A stretch of DNA of 64,000 bases, taken from Thermoplasmatota archaeon. GTDB taxonomy: Archaea > Thermoplasmatota > Penumbrarchaeia > Penumbrarchaeales > Penumbrarchaeaceae. The notes beneath the pieces are model-generated. The model saw nothing but the letters and a program-made list of their open reading frames with translations, was not told where the DNA came from and searched no databases. Below, one piece after another: positions 39,588 to 50,948 of this stretch. The stretch covers positions 8,390 through 72,389 of the forward strand of contig JBLIRK010000002.1 in the NCBI GenBank assembly GCA_048569615.1, written 5' to 3'. Every line of letters begins with the position of its first letter. Position 1 is the first letter of the stretch. Position numbers and translations under genes: made by a program.

Positions 39588-41441
39588 TTGAAGGTCAAGG
39601 GGATCTGCTGTCTTTTCATCATTGCAGCCATTTTTCTATGGCCGGATATCATTGGCGGCCAGTGCACAACACCTGAGGAGCCGAACTATTGGGAGACACG
39701 GATCCACATGAATGTCAGCTCCATCGTGGATGAGGATTACATCATCAATGAAACCGTCATCGTGGATGCTGACCTAAGTATAGAGAACTCTACAATCCTC
39801 TTCTCCGGAAGCGGCATGGTGATCTCCGAGAATGCAACTTTGAGGGTTTCCAACTCCACCTTCGGAACGATCGGCGGCAATCCGGGCTATTACATAGACC
39901 TTCTGGGTGATGCTTTCTTAAAGAATTCTTGGTTTGAGAACTGTATCGATGGGGAGAATTCCTTTTTCGGCCTCTACGTCGAAGGCTCAAGGCTCGAAGC
40001 GGAGAATATCGAGATGGTAAATTCAGGGATGATCAGAAACGACAGGGGATCCGTCAACTTGACCGGTTCTTCCATCAACGGCTTGCTTTCATACTCAGGG
40101 AACATATCCCTGATCGGAACCGACGTCACAAGGAGCGGAATTTCGCAGATAGGTCCGGGAAAGGTGGTGGTAAAGGATGTAAATATCTTTACCAGCATGC
40201 CCTTCACCAGCACGGCCGGCATTTTCTGCATGGACTCGGATGAGCTGAACGTGCATGGTGCCAGGATCAACGGAACATATAACGGCGGGATATCGTCCGT
40301 CAGGTCGAAGACAGAGATCATCGACTCCGTGATCCGGCTCGAGAATGGAACCATTGGTTTGGAATTGAACGATCTGGAGATATCCGGTCTGAGAAATATC
40401 TCGTCTTCAGGGACCGAAATGGGTATCTATCTTCACAACTGCAGTGTTAGGGAAAGAATCGAGAACCTGCATATTGACTGCACTGAAAGAGGAATGGACC
40501 TGATGGGCAACAATCCCCTAGAACTGATCAACATTTCGATCCACAACGCAAATCAGGGAATGTACGTTAGGTCTCCGGCATCCATCTTGGAATCCAAGTT
40601 CGAGGATACAAGGGTGGGGCTTATCATTGAGGATGACTCGGTTGTCGAACTGGATGGATGCGACTTCACGGGTTACGGCCTGTGGGCGATAGAGGATGAA
40701 ACCTGGACGGATAGAGCATGGCCAGGCAACATATTTAATCCCGGCCCCAATGGCTTAGGGGCCGTTGCATGGTGGGGATGGACGGATATCGGGATCTTTG
40801 ATGAAGAAGGACTTGGGATCCAGGATTCTGAGATCTTCATCAGCACCCCGTTCGGAACAAGCTTCCAGGCTTACTCCCAGGAAGTTGGTCTGGTATGGGG
40901 ATATATGAACGAGGGTGCAACTGTCAACGATCTCGAATACTTGATATCAGCAAGATGGGGAACCGCGAGGTCCAGCATCACATTTTCCCCGGGTGAGGGG
41001 AAGACAGCGCGCCTTGAACTTCCGATGACCGACCTCTGGGTCCGCAACCTTCGATTCCGGAATAATACGGGGATAACTACTCTTACGAGCAACGGTTCTG
41101 GAGCAAAGGATATCGAGGTAACGCTCTATGTTGATGGTATCGAATGGAGCACCTACCGGACCGAACTGGAAGCGGGGGAGACCATCGATGTTGCCATTCC
41201 GCTTCCCAACCTCCGGCCAGGATCGTACCACATCGAAGTATGGGCAAACTCCAGGGATGAGTTCAAGGGTGCAGGAGGCATCTATATCCAGAACAATTAC
41301 GCTGAAGGGGGCCTCGACCTGAATGAAGAGAAAGATAAAAAAGAGATCAAGGATTCCGGGGCAACACTGGTTCTTTTACTGGTCCTGACATTCATCTCCT
41401 TCCTGATGCTCCTTGTTCCGATATTATTGAAGAGGAAATGA
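39588..41441 (+). CDS. Surface protein with beta-helix and CARDB-like domain, C-terminal TM
   Basis: Signal peptide; parallel beta-helix repeats; DLWV...VTLYVDG...LEAGET CARDB-like; terminal TM plus KRK. Confidence 0.75.
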   Translation: MKVKGICCLFIIAAIFLWPDIIGGQCTTPEEPNYWETRIHMNVSSIVDEDYIINETVIVDADLSIENSTILFSGSGMVISENATLRVSNSTFGTIGGNPGYYIDLLGDAFLKNSWFENCIDGENSFFGLYVEGSRLEAENIEMVNSGMIRNDRGSVNLTGSSINGLLSYSGNISLIGTDVTRSGISQIGPGKVVVKDVNIFTSMPFTSTAGIFCMDSDELNVHGARINGTYNGGISSVRSKTEIIDSVIRLENGTIGLELNDLEISGLRNISSSGTEMGIYLHNCSVRERIENLHIDCTERGMDLMGNNPLELINISIHNANQGMYVRSPASILESKFEDTRVGLIIEDDSVVELDGCDFTGYGLWAIEDETWTDRAWPGNIFNPGPNGLGAVAWWGWTDIGIFDEEGLGIQDSEIFISTPFGTSFQAYSQEVGLVWGYMNEGATVNDLEYLISARWGTARSSITFSPGEGKTARLELPMTDLWVRNLRFRNNTGITTLTSNGSGAKDIEVTLYVDGIEWSTYRTELEAGETIDVAIPLPNLRPGSYHIEVWANSRDEFKGAGGIYIQNNYAEGGLDLNEEKDKKEIKDSGATLVLLLVLTFISFLMLLVPILLKRK

Positions 41442-41501
41442 CGGGATATGCGGATTTTCCAAATGCTTAATATTTAATATCTCCGCACTCTTCCCCCGTT
41501 C

Positions 41502-42911
41502 ATGTCCAAGACCGTAAGCAAGGAAATCGAGTACTCAACGGTCACCGAGGTGTCGGGTCCCCTGATGGTAGTGGAAGAGATCGAGGGGGCTTCGTACGGC
41601 GAGGTTGTGAAGATAAGGTCCCCGGACGGCAGCATGAGGCTGGGGCAGGTATTGGAAGCAAGGACCTCAGTGGCAGTGGTTCAGGTCTTTGAGGGCACAA
41701 AGGGGATTGACACTAAGTCAACATCGGTGAGGTTCACCGGCGAAACCATGAAGATACCAGTTTCACCCGACATGCTTGGAAGGGTGTTTTCGGGCACTGG
41801 AAAGCCCATCGATGACGGACCTGCGATCATTCCCGATGACAGGAAGGATATCAACGGGGAGCCTATCAATCCCACCGCCAGGGAATATCCCAAAGAGTTC
41901 ATTCAGACAGGAATATCGACCATTGACGGCATGAACACGCTGGTCAGAGGCCAAAAGCTCCCCATCTTCTCAGCATCGGGTCTGCCCCACAACGAACTGG
42001 CGGCGCAGATCGCCAGACAGGCAAAGGTTCTCGGTACGGGAGAGGAGTTCGCAGTAATTTTCTGCGCCATGGGAATCACATCTGAGGAAGCTAACTTCTT
42101 CATAAGGTCCTTCGAACAATCCGGGGCGCTGGAAAGGTCCGTTCTCTTCCTCAACCTCGCCGACGATCCTGCCATAGAGAGGATCATCATTCCAAGGATG
42201 GCGCTTACGACGGCAGAGTACTTGGCCTTCGAGAAGGACATGCATATACTGGTCATCCTTACGGATATGACCAACTACTGCGAAGCCTTGAGGGAGATCG
42301 CCGCCGCAAGGGAGGAGGTTCCGGGCAGAAGGGGATATCCCGGATATATGTACACCGATCTCTCCCAGATCTATGAAAGGGCGGGAAGGATACACAACAA
42401 GAAGGGGTCCATTACCCAGATACCGATCCTAACAATGCCGGATGACGATATAACACACCCGATCCCCGATCTCACCGGATACATAACGGAAGGACAGATC
42501 GTGCTGTCAAGGGACCTGCACAGAAAATCTGTGAGACCACCGATCAATCCCCTGCCGTGCCTTTCAAGATTGATGAAGCAGGGTATCGGAAAGGGAAGGA
42601 CCAGGGAGGACCACGACCAGGTCTCCAACCAGCTCTACGCCGCCTATGCCGAGGGGGTGAACCTCCGTGACCTGGTAGCTGTTGTGGGTGAAGAGGCGCT
42701 GACCGAGAGAGACCGCTCCTACCTTAGATTCTCCGATGTTTTCGAAAAGGACTACATAACACAGGGATCGGAGGAGGACAGGACCATCGGGGACACCCTC
42801 TCGCTGGGATGGAAGCTCCTGATGACGGTCCCAAAGGACGAATTGAAGAGGATCGACGAGCAGTACATAATCAAGTACTATCCCAGACGAACGGTTTTGG
42901 TCCCAAGTTAA
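41502..42911 (+). CDS. atpB: A1Ao-ATP synthase subunit B
   Basis: [40 protein letters not shown]. Confidence 0.97.
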   Translation: MSKTVSKEIEYSTVTEVSGPLMVVEEIEGASYGEVVKIRSPDGSMRLGQVLEARTSVAVVQVFEGTKGIDTKSTSVRFTGETMKIPVSPDMLGRVFSGTGKPIDDGPAIIPDDRKDINGEPINPTAREYPKEFIQTGISTIDGMNTLVRGQKLPIFSASGLPHNELAAQIARQAKVLGTGEEFAVIFCAMGITSEEANFFIRSFEQSGALERSVLFLNLADDPAIERIIIPRMALTTAEYLAFEKDMHILVILTDMTNYCEALREIAAAREEVPGRRGYPGYMYTDLSQIYERAGRIHNKKGSITQIPILTMPDDDITHPIPDLTGYITEGQIVLSRDLHRKSVRPPINPLPCLSRLMKQGIGKGRTREDHDQVSNQLYAAYAEGVNLRDLVAVVGEEALTERDRSYLRFSDVFEKDYITQGSEEDRTIGDTLSLGWKLLMTVPKDELKRIDEQYIIKYYPRRTVLVPS

Positions 42912-42936
42912 GTAGAAGTTAGACGATTACCATGGG

Positions 42937-43845
42937 ATGGGTAAAGGATCTTCCGATGGATGGCAGGGCTTAAGGATAATCGAGGAGGGATCCATCGGAC
43001 CCGGGATCGATATGGAGTCGATAACCGGCTCCATGATAAAAGGCAGCGCACTTGAAGTTCTATCAAAGATCAAAACCTCCTCTATTGACATGGTATTCCT
43101 GGACCCTCCATATTTCCTTCAGCTCCCGAGAAAGGACCTCATAAGATGGAATCAGAACAATGTTGTGGTGGCGGTCAGGGACAGCTGGGACAGCTTCACA
43201 TCCTTCGAGGAGTATGATGAATTCATCCAAAGAACTCTCAAGGAAGTGAAGAGGATACTCAAACCCTCCGGAACCCTCTGGGTCATATCCACGTACCACT
43301 CCCTCTTCCGGATCGGCAAGGCCATGCAGGACCTGGGCTTCTGGATACTGAACGATATTCACTGGGTGAAAACAAATCCAATGCCCAACTGGCTCGGGGT
43401 AAGGTTCACAAACGCAACGGAAACCCTCCTCTGGGCATTAAGGGACAAGGACGGAAAGGGCTATACCTTCAATAGGGATGCCGCAAAGGAGCTGGGTGTG
43501 GGAAAGGTTGGAGCGAACATCTGGGTGCTCCCAATCTGCACGGGTAATGAGCGGTTGAAGGGGAGCGATGGCAAGAGACTCCATTCAACCCAGAAACCCA
43601 TCGAACTCCTCCGGAGGGTGATCCTTACTTCTACCAGCGAGGGTGATATCGTTCTCGATCCGTTCGCAGGGACGGGAACCACGGGATATGCTGCAGCTGC
43701 CCTCGGGAGGAGGTTCGTTATGGTGGAACTGGATGGCAACTATGTTAAAGGTGCAATGGAGCGATTCTCAAAACCTCCGATAGTCAGGACATATCAAAAT
43801 GAGGATCTCATCCGGATAGAAGACCCCAATGATATCGATCGGTAA
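42937..43845 (+). CDS. Beta-class amino DNA methyltransferase, CcrM/M.HinfI-like
   Basis: DPPY motif IV before LDPFAGTGT motif I; WVKTNPMPN...RFTNATETLLWA; HSTQKP. Confidence 0.9.
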   Translation: MGKGSSDGWQGLRIIEEGSIGPGIDMESITGSMIKGSALEVLSKIKTSSIDMVFLDPPYFLQLPRKDLIRWNQNNVVVAVRDSWDSFTSFEEYDEFIQRTLKEVKRILKPSGTLWVISTYHSLFRIGKAMQDLGFWILNDIHWVKTNPMPNWLGVRFTNATETLLWALRDKDGKGYTFNRDAAKELGVGKVGANIWVLPICTGNERLKGSDGKRLHSTQKPIELLRRVILTSTSEGDIVLDPFAGTGTTGYAAAALGRRFVMVELDGNYVKGAMERFSKPPIVRTYQNEDLIRIEDPNDIDR

Positions 43846-43862
43846 ACAACCGCCCCTTTCTT

Positions 43863-46800
43863 TTATCTTGGAGGGGGAAGCGGGGGCTGGACCGGCGGCC
43901 TGCGGGGCGGAAGCTGGCCTGGCATAACTCCCGGCGACATCTGGCCGGAAGCTGTCATGTTCTGCTGGTATGCGCCCGGAAATGTACCTCGATAATCACT
44001 CTGTCCGATTTCAGCAACTTCCTCCTGCTTTCTCCTGCGTAATATAAAAAAACCTCCGATGAAGACTATGACGGCAATAATCAAACCCCCCGAACCGACC
44101 AAGAGGAGCAGAACAGCAGTTGAAAGCCCATTTTCTTGCTTTTCACCATCGTCAACCTCCAGCTGCTTAATGACCAGTTTCATCTCCCTGAATCCGGAGC
44201 TTGAATCGTCATCCACGACTTCCAGTGTGACGGTGTATTCTCCGGGGCTGGAGAATGCATGCTCCACCATCATGCCTTCGTCCGTGGAGCCGTCGCCGAA
44301 ATCCCAGTAGAATTTGAGGTAGGGTCGATCCGAAGGATTATCGGTGGAATTGGAGGCGTCGAAGGACACTTTCTCTCCTTGGTACGCTTCATCAGACGAT
44401 GCATAGAAATGAGCAGTGGGGACCGGATTGTTCACGGTGATCGAGGAGGTTACGGTGGTCGTATCATCTCCATCCGACAGGAGCAGCGACACATCGTACC
44501 TTCCTTTCCTTCTGTAGGTGTGGTTGAATCTCATACCGCTAACCTTCTGGGAGCCGTCACCGGGATCCCAAAGAGCTGTTATGTTAGGAGTGTCGAAACG
44601 TGAATCCTTGATCGATGAGGCTGAGAGCATCACTGTCTCATCCTCATCCACGGACCTCGCGCTCATCGATATCTCGCCACGGGGTGCGACGTTTGCAATG
44701 TAGATCGTGATGGAGTTAGAATCCCTTGCCCCGTCGTCATCTTCCACTGTGACCGTGATATCGTAGTACCCGCTCTTCGGATAGCTCAGCTGCAACCCGC
44801 TCACGGTCTTATATGTCCTTCCGTCGCCGGTATCGACGTAGAATGATAGACTCTCTTCATCCGAAGGATTGTCCTTTGCAGAGAATTCGAGGTTGAACTC
44901 CTCATCCTCCACGAGATCGAGGACCTGGGAGATCTCCCCCATTTCCGGAAGTGGATTCTCGACCTTGACCGTGATGGTACTGTTAGACTCGGCATTGTCG
45001 TCATCCCTTACGCTGCATCTTACCAGGTAGCTGCCGTTTCTCTTGTATACATGGGTCTGATCGAGGGTTTCCTGCCACTGGGTGTAATGGTTATCCCCGA
45101 AATCCCATCTGAACTCCAGCGTCCCCATGTCCGATCTGGTATCCTGTGCCGTGAAGATATCATCCAGTTCCAGCAACTGGTCCTCCTGCATTATGATGCC
45201 GGGAGCCTTGGGATCGGTTAGAACAAGGGACGGAACCTTGTTTATGACGGTTACGTTCCCGGTTATGGTGCCGGTCCCTCCTAGCTCGTCCCTGACCAAT
45301 GCAGTGATCGGATAGATCCCGTTGTCCGGGTAGGAATGGACGATTTCTCCCACCGAGGTCCATGCACCGACAGGAGAGCCGTCGCCGAAATCCCATTTTA
45401 TCTGCATATCCGAGATGTCCGAAGGAGTATCGAATACGTGGGGGGTGAACCATACGTTCTGGTCCTCATAGAAGATGGTGTCATTCCCGTCCGTGGGCCC
45501 TACCCATCCCCAGGGTTCCACGTTGGAAACTTCGATAAAGGCACTCTTCGACATCTCATCCGTGCCATCATCAGCCACTATCTTGATCTGGTACTTCCCC
45601 GGGGCTGTATACACATGGGATGCCGATAGCGGACCCGTCCCTGTGGACAGGGAGGTGTCTCCCCAATCCACTTCCCAGCTGATGTTTGCCAGGTCCGATG
45701 GAGAGTCCGTTATGATATTCTCCAGGAACAATGGAGAGTCCATTCTTGCTATCCTGTCATTGAGGTTTATAACAGGCTTGGAATTGATCACATTGACGCC
45801 TATGGGATAGAGATCCCTGGCCAGGTTGTTTCCGTCCACAACCCTGGCTCGGACATGGAAGAAACCGTCATGATGGACCGGGATATTGATGCGATCTGTC
45901 GCGCCCGTATCGACATCGAACCAGTTATCCGCCTCGAGATCCCAAAGATAATTGGATATGTACGAATCCTGCGAAGAAGCTGTCACCGACAGGCTGAAAG
46001 TAGTGTCCTCAAGTATTGTCGAAGGGAGCGAGTAGGAACCAACCATCGGTCCTACGCCATTCCGCCGGTGAATGGTAGTGAATTCGTCCGCATTGGCGGT
46101 ATCATACTGGATCAGCCCGTCGGGCCAGATGATCTCAACACCCAGCGGACCGCTGTAGGAGCCCAGACCGAAATGAAGGACGTTCGACTCCTGGTGAGCA
46201 TGTCCCGTTCCGGCTCTGACCTCCCTTACAAGCTGGATGTCATCTCCGCCGCTCCGGTATCTCAAAGTGACCCTGGCTCCCACGGCATCCAGGTTCTTTC
46301 CTGTCCCGTTGAGCCTGACCTCGAGGAAATGGTTCCCGCCGGTTCCCTGGTTCTGATACAACCTTACCCTGTAATCCTGCCACTGCGAGCCGTCCCACCT
46401 ATCGGCTCCCCCTGTAACAAGGTCCAGGTCGCCGTCGTTGTCGTAATCCACCCACAGGTTCGCATAGGTATTGGCGCCCTCTATTCCGAGAGAACTCGTG
46501 ACATCGGTGAAGGTCGTCCCGTCCGGAATGGAAGGATCCGCCACCCTACCGTTATTCCTGTAGAGATGAGGCGTCGTGTAGCGAAGGTCTCCGTAGACCT
46601 GAGGAATGTAGATGTCCTCCCATCCGTCGTTGTCGTAATCGCCGATCGTCACTCCGGAGAATGTCTGGTCTCCCTGGTATATACCCTGACCACCTATGGG
46701 CCATTTAGGAATGCCCGAACTGTTCCGATAGTCCGTAAAAGTATAGTAGGGGGCGCCGTCGTTGATATAAAGGTTCCCGTCATCGCAGATGTATCCCCTG

Positions 46801-47783
46801 ATGTCGTAATATGATGACCCTATGTAACCCACATATTTATGCACGAAATCCGACGTCCACAGGTCCAGGTTTCCATCCCTGTTGAAATCCGCCCACGAGG
46901 AGCCTATGGTATGGCCCCACATTGGGCCCCACAATGACTGCCCGTAGATGCTGCCGGCGGTGGCATCGTAGTACCATGTCGGATCGTAGGTCCCCGAACA
47001 GTTGCGCTGCTGCCCAACCTCGTCCATCGTTCCGTCCCGCCGGTTCTCGAAGAGATGGTTCTCCCTTATCCTGTAATGGGAGACATACGCATCCGGCCAA
47101 CGGTCGTTGTTGTAATCTCCCCATGTGGCCCCCCTGGAGTAAAAATCCTCTCCGGTGTCTATCCCCACGGATGATGTGATATCGGTCAGGGATGCACCAT
47201 TATCATTCCGGAGGAAGAAATCTGAGTAGTAGATGGGATTGCCGTCGTTCCAGTCCTCACCGTTTCCCACGTAGATGTCCAGATCGCCGTCCTCGTCGAA
47301 GTCGGCCCAGGCATTGCCCGTATTGGGTCCCAGATTCTGCCAATTGCCGAAGATCGATCTTGAGACGTCGGTCAGATTGTAGAGCGGGGCTCCCCGATTC
47401 TCCCAGAACCTGTCGGCAGTATCCTTCCTGCATCCCTGATAGAGGTCGAGGTCCCCGTCTCCGTCCCAGTCCGCCCATACGCCGTTGCTGGACCCCGAAA
47501 CCGAGGAATCGAAGATATCCGACCTGTAGTTGAAGCTCCAGTCCGGCGGTCCGCTGTTCTCGAACAGTCTGTACCCGTTGAAGAGCAGGTCAGTATAGCC
47601 GTCGTTGTTCCAGTCCCCTGCGGATATGAAGGTCGGGGCGGAAAGCTGATCGAACTTATCCTCGGCAACGTCGACGAATGTTGTGTCCCTGGAAGGTTCA
47701 CTCTCCGCTGATTCATTATCCTGGACGAAAAAAAAACCTGCGACCATCATGATCCCGGCAAGTACAAGAGGAACAGTCTTCAT
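43863..47783 (-). CDS. FG-GAP/ASPIC-UnbV (CRTAC1-like) protein with PKD repeats, TM and Pro-rich tail
   Basis: Repeated WADxDxDGDLDL; NLDAVGARV...LHFGLG...IWPDG; several WDFGDG PKD motifs; start taken at MKTVPLV. Confidence 0.9.
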   Translation of the reverse strand: MKTVPLVLAGIMMVAGFFFVQDNESAESEPSRDTTFVDVAEDKFDQLSAPTFISAGDWNNDGYTDLLFNGYRLFENSGPPDWSFNYRSDIFDSSVSGSSNGVWADWDGDGDLDLYQGCRKDTADRFWENRGAPLYNLTDVSRSIFGNWQNLGPNTGNAWADFDEDGDLDIYVGNGEDWNDGNPIYYSDFFLRNDNGASLTDITSSVGIDTGEDFYSRGATWGDYNNDRWPDAYVSHYRIRENHLFENRRDGTMDEVGQQRNCSGTYDPTWYYDATAGSIYGQSLWGPMWGHTIGSSWADFNRDGNLDLWTSDFVHKYVGYIGSSYYDIRGYICDDGNLYINDGAPYYTFTDYRNSSGIPKWPIGGQGIYQGDQTFSGVTIGDYDNDGWEDIYIPQVYGDLRYTTPHLYRNNGRVADPSIPDGTTFTDVTSSLGIEGANTYANLWVDYDNDGDLDLVTGGADRWDGSQWQDYRVRLYQNQGTGGNHFLEVRLNGTGKNLDAVGARVTLRYRSGGDDIQLVREVRAGTGHAHQESNVLHFGLGSYSGPLGVEIIWPDGLIQYDTANADEFTTIHRRNGVGPMVGSYSLPSTILEDTTFSLSVTASSQDSYISNYLWDLEADNWFDVDTGATDRINIPVHHDGFFHVRARVVDGNNLARDLYPIGVNVINSKPVINLNDRIARMDSPLFLENIITDSPSDLANISWEVDWGDTSLSTGTGPLSASHVYTAPGKYQIKIVADDGTDEMSKSAFIEVSNVEPWGWVGPTDGNDTIFYEDQNVWFTPHVFDTPSDISDMQIKWDFGDGSPVGAWTSVGEIVHSYPDNGIYPITALVRDELGGTGTITGNVTVINKVPSLVLTDPKAPGIIMQEDQLLELDDIFTAQDTRSDMGTLEFRWDFGDNHYTQWQETLDQTHVYKRNGSYLVRCSVRDDDNAESNSTITVKVENPLPEMGEISQVLDLVEDEEFNLEFSAKDNPSDEESLSFYVDTGDGRTYKTVSGLQLSYPKSGYYDITVTVEDDDGARDSNSITIYIANVAPRGEISMSARSVDEDETVMLSASSIKDSRFDTPNITALWDPGDGSQKVSGMRFNHTYRRKGRYDVSLLLSDGDDTTTVTSSITVNNPVPTAHFYASSDEAYQGEKVSFDASNSTDNPSDRPYLKFYWDFGDGSTDEGMMVEHAFSSPGEYTVTLEVVDDDSSSGFREMKLVIKQLEVDDGEKQENGLSTAVLLLLVGSGGLIIAVIVFIGGFFILRRRKQEEVAEIGQSDYRGTFPGAYQQNMTASGQMSPGVMPGQLPPRRPPVQPPLPPPR

Positions 47784-47860
47784 AAGACCACGGGGACACA
47801 TTGCAATGGCAGGGATATATATGATACGGTCCAGGGATGCACCGGCGTTTGAAAGAATGC

Positions 47861-49975
47861 TCAGGCGGTAATGTCCCCGCTCTCTCCGCAGTGGGGACAC
47901 GTGACAGTGAAAGGACGGTTGTTCCTTATCACGGATCCCTTCACCTGCTCCTTGAAGCTCTCCCCGCAGTAGGGGCATTCAAGGACCACCTTGAGCATCT
48001 GCTCACCGGTCCCCGGTATCGGCGGTGCTTTTTTAACTCGTGAGGTGCTCTTTTCTTCAGCAGCGGACTTGGAAGAGGTCTCATCCTCCCTGGAAGGCTC
48101 GTTCGGTCCACTGCCGGAAACCTGGACCAGGTCGTGGACCTTGGGTCTTGCTCCCTCAGATGGAAATCCCCCATGGCGGCCGTCGGTGGGGACCGAGTGG
48201 ACCCTTCCCTCCTCATCCACCATCACCCCGATCTTCCTGAGCCTCGTCTCCAGTTTTCGCTTCCTTCCCCTACCAACGAACAGTATGATGAGGATCAATA
48301 TAAGGACGAATAGAACAACCGGAGCTATGAACAGAAGGAATGATGTCAAACCTTGATTCGATGTAACACCGTTTCCGTCATCCACGAAGTCCAGGGTTAC
48401 GGAGTCGGATCCGGTACTTCCGCTGGTGTCCCGTACGGTCAGCCGGATCTCAAGACCTTTTCCCTTGTCGCCGCTCCTCCAGGTCACCTCAGGACCCCTG
48501 TGAGTGCTGCCGTCGGGCATGGTCCATATGTAGCTTATCGGATCTCCGTCGGGATCGTAGGAGCCGGAGCCGTCGAAGGTGACATCCTCCATTACTGTCC
48601 TTGTATAGTAGCCTCCCACAACCGTGATCTTGGCCACGGGAGGGCTGTTGAGGTCCCTCTTGGTGGGTTGGAAGGACAGGGTCAGAACCTCCATATCCTC
48701 ATTACCGACAATATCCTGGGCAGCCGCTCCCACCCAGAAAACTGAATTGGGATCGAGATCGGTAAGGATGATGCTGCTTGTATCGATAGATCCCAGTGTT
48801 TCATAGGGGGTCAGGCCTTCCGTGTCAGAGAAGCTGAACTCCTCCAGGTAGATGTTGTAAACAGCGAAATCCTGTGCAAGAGAGGGATACCAGCTGATGG
48901 ACACAGCACCCTCGTCAATTACTTCGACGTCGAGTCCCTCTATCCTTGCCGGAGGCTGCGTGTCGTAGGGATCGTATCCCCTGCCGGAAACCGAAATATC
49001 GTCCAAAAACCATCCGGCACCTCTTCCGGACTCCGAGGATGCCAATGTGAACCTTAACCTGGTTCTCGAGCCGATGAACGAGGAGAGATCGAACTCGGCA
49101 TGCGTCCATCTCGAGGTCCCAACGAATGCATCCTGGCCGTTAAAACCTCCTGTTATATTGTCTCCAAGTTTTCCATAGATCGTATCGAGGGAATGTGCGA
49201 CTTCCCACCCGGTTTCCTCTGAAAAGGCCTGCACGACCCCGCCTGAGGAGCCTACGGATCCTTGAAAATCATAACTATGATAGAGATGGAGAGAAGCATC
49301 GGTGTAGTAAGTGAGGTCTATCCAGTCGGATTCAAGTGATACAAGGGTGGATCCGTTGAAGCCGGGTCCTCCCTCCGGACTTCCATCCAGGGCACCGGCA
49401 AAGTACACCCTGTTCCTGGATATCGTTGTGGTATTATCCCATTCATCCGGCCCCATCACCCACCAGGTAGATCCTTCGGGCTCACCATCTACGGTCCAGT
49501 GATCGATACCCCCTTCGCAATCCTCATAAAAAAGAACCTCCACCGCTCTGATATTGTATGATAGACCATCTATGTAGGTCCCGTTGATGGTCAGATTGAT
49601 CCACCCTCTGTAGTTGCCTGTTTCAGATGGATACCAGGTCACCACACTGCGATCCAAATGCTTCGGGATCACATTTTCTCCCACGGAGAACTCGAATTCC
49701 CCGCCGGATGTCTCTATGAATACTGATACCTCGGCAAATGACGTATCCGCGGCATCCGGATTCGAAACCTCGATAACGACAGAGGTCGGTTCTCCCACAT
49801 ACACAACGGGAGGGATATGGCAGCCGTCCGAGAGCCGGAGGTCATCACCAGCCCTGGTTTGGCGGGAATGAAATGAATGAACACCGCTGGCGAAGGAAAA
49901 TAGGAGGAGGGCCACTGCTGGTAAAAGTATCAGCAGTACGAATGCCATATTCGACATATCCTTCCGCCTGCTCAT
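47861..49975 (-). CDS. Surface protein: immune-inhibitor-A/MAM-like beta domain, FN3, PKD, TM, C-terminal zinc ribbon
   Basis: FDLSSFIGS...RLRF...GWFLDDISV; FDGSGSYDPDGD; CPYC...CPHC at the C-terminus. Confidence 0.8.
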   Translation of the reverse strand: MSRRKDMSNMAFVLLILLPAVALLLFSFASGVHSFHSRQTRAGDDLRLSDGCHIPPVVYVGEPTSVVIEVSNPDAADTSFAEVSVFIETSGGEFEFSVGENVIPKHLDRSVVTWYPSETGNYRGWINLTINGTYIDGLSYNIRAVEVLFYEDCEGGIDHWTVDGEPEGSTWWVMGPDEWDNTTTISRNRVYFAGALDGSPEGGPGFNGSTLVSLESDWIDLTYYTDASLHLYHSYDFQGSVGSSGGVVQAFSEETGWEVAHSLDTIYGKLGDNITGGFNGQDAFVGTSRWTHAEFDLSSFIGSRTRLRFTLASSESGRGAGWFLDDISVSGRGYDPYDTQPPARIEGLDVEVIDEGAVSISWYPSLAQDFAVYNIYLEEFSFSDTEGLTPYETLGSIDTSSIILTDLDPNSVFWVGAAAQDIVGNEDMEVLTLSFQPTKRDLNSPPVAKITVVGGYYTRTVMEDVTFDGSGSYDPDGDPISYIWTMPDGSTHRGPEVTWRSGDKGKGLEIRLTVRDTSGSTGSDSVTLDFVDDGNGVTSNQGLTSFLLFIAPVVLFVLILILIILFVGRGRKRKLETRLRKIGVMVDEEGRVHSVPTDGRHGGFPSEGARPKVHDLVQVSGSGPNEPSREDETSSKSAAEEKSTSRVKKAPPIPGTGEQMLKVVLECPYCGESFKEQVKGSVIRNNRPFTVTCPHCGESGDITA

Positions 49976-50008
49976 CGGTCATGATTGCGAAAGTATCCAT
50001 TTAAACCT

Positions 50009-50794
50009 TTAGGAGGAGGTGTCGAAGAACCGCTGGATAGCATCTTCCAATGCCCTCGCACCCAATGTTGCCGGGCCGTTAATAAAAACATCCGTAAGGG
50101 TGCCAGTGAATTCGCTTGGTTGGGAATTTATCTCCACGAGCAGGCCGCCGTTTGCCTTTGCAATAATCGGAATCGAAGCTGCAGGATGGACGATGCCAGA
50201 GGTCCCGATCACCAGTATGTTGGGCCCCTTTGATGCGGTCTCAACCGCCCTGCCGAGGGCGTCCTCGGGCAGCATCTCCCCGAAGAATACGATATCCGGT
50301 CTCTTTATGGAGCTGCAGCGGCATTTGATTGAGAATCCTGACCAGGTGGAAGGATCCAGTACTTCCTTCCTTCCGCAATCCATGCAGTATATTCTCCTCG
50401 CATTGCCGTGAAGCTCGATCAGGTCCCTGGTACCCGCCATGGCATGCAGGCCGTCCACATTCTGCGTTACAACCGGCCCTATCCAGCCTTTACCCTCCAT
50501 TCTCGCAAGAGCTCTGTGAGCCTCATTGGGCATTGATCTCATGGAACCCTCGATTATCTCCCTCAGCATCTCCCATGACCTCTCCGGATGGACCCTGAAA
50601 GTGTCGATATGCCCGTATTCATAAGGATCGTAACGGTCCCAGAGTCCCCCCTCCCCGCGAAACGGGGGGATGTTGGACTCAACAGAGACGCCCGCACCCG
50701 TCAGGACCAGGATGGGCAGATCGTCCGAGAGAAGTTCTGCTGCCCGGTCGGCGGCTGTTTGGATGCTTTCTTCATAATGCATGGGCATCAGCAC
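50009..50794 (-). CDS. cobB: Sir2-family NAD-dependent protein deacylase
   Basis: TGAGVSVESNIPPFRG, TQNVDGLH, ELHG, RPDIVFFGE, GTSG. Confidence 0.93.
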   Translation of the reverse strand: MLMPMHYEESIQTAADRAAELLSDDLPILVLTGAGVSVESNIPPFRGEGGLWDRYDPYEYGHIDTFRVHPERSWEMLREIIEGSMRSMPNEAHRALARMEGKGWIGPVVTQNVDGLHAMAGTRDLIELHGNARRIYCMDCGRKEVLDPSTWSGFSIKCRCSSIKRPDIVFFGEMLPEDALGRAVETASKGPNILVIGTSGIVHPAASIPIIAKANGGLLVEINSQPSEFTGTLTDVFINGPATLGARALEDAIQRFFDTSS

Positions 50795-50948
50795 TCATAG
50801 GGTTCATCCCAGGTCAGCTTTGGAACATTCATCATCTGCCCCTTCTTGATGAAAGAGGAGGTTTAAAGAGATACCTATTAGCATCCTGCTTCCGAGGCAA
50901 TCACTTTATATGCATTGGTCATCGATACGCTGACAAGGGGGCTGCATC

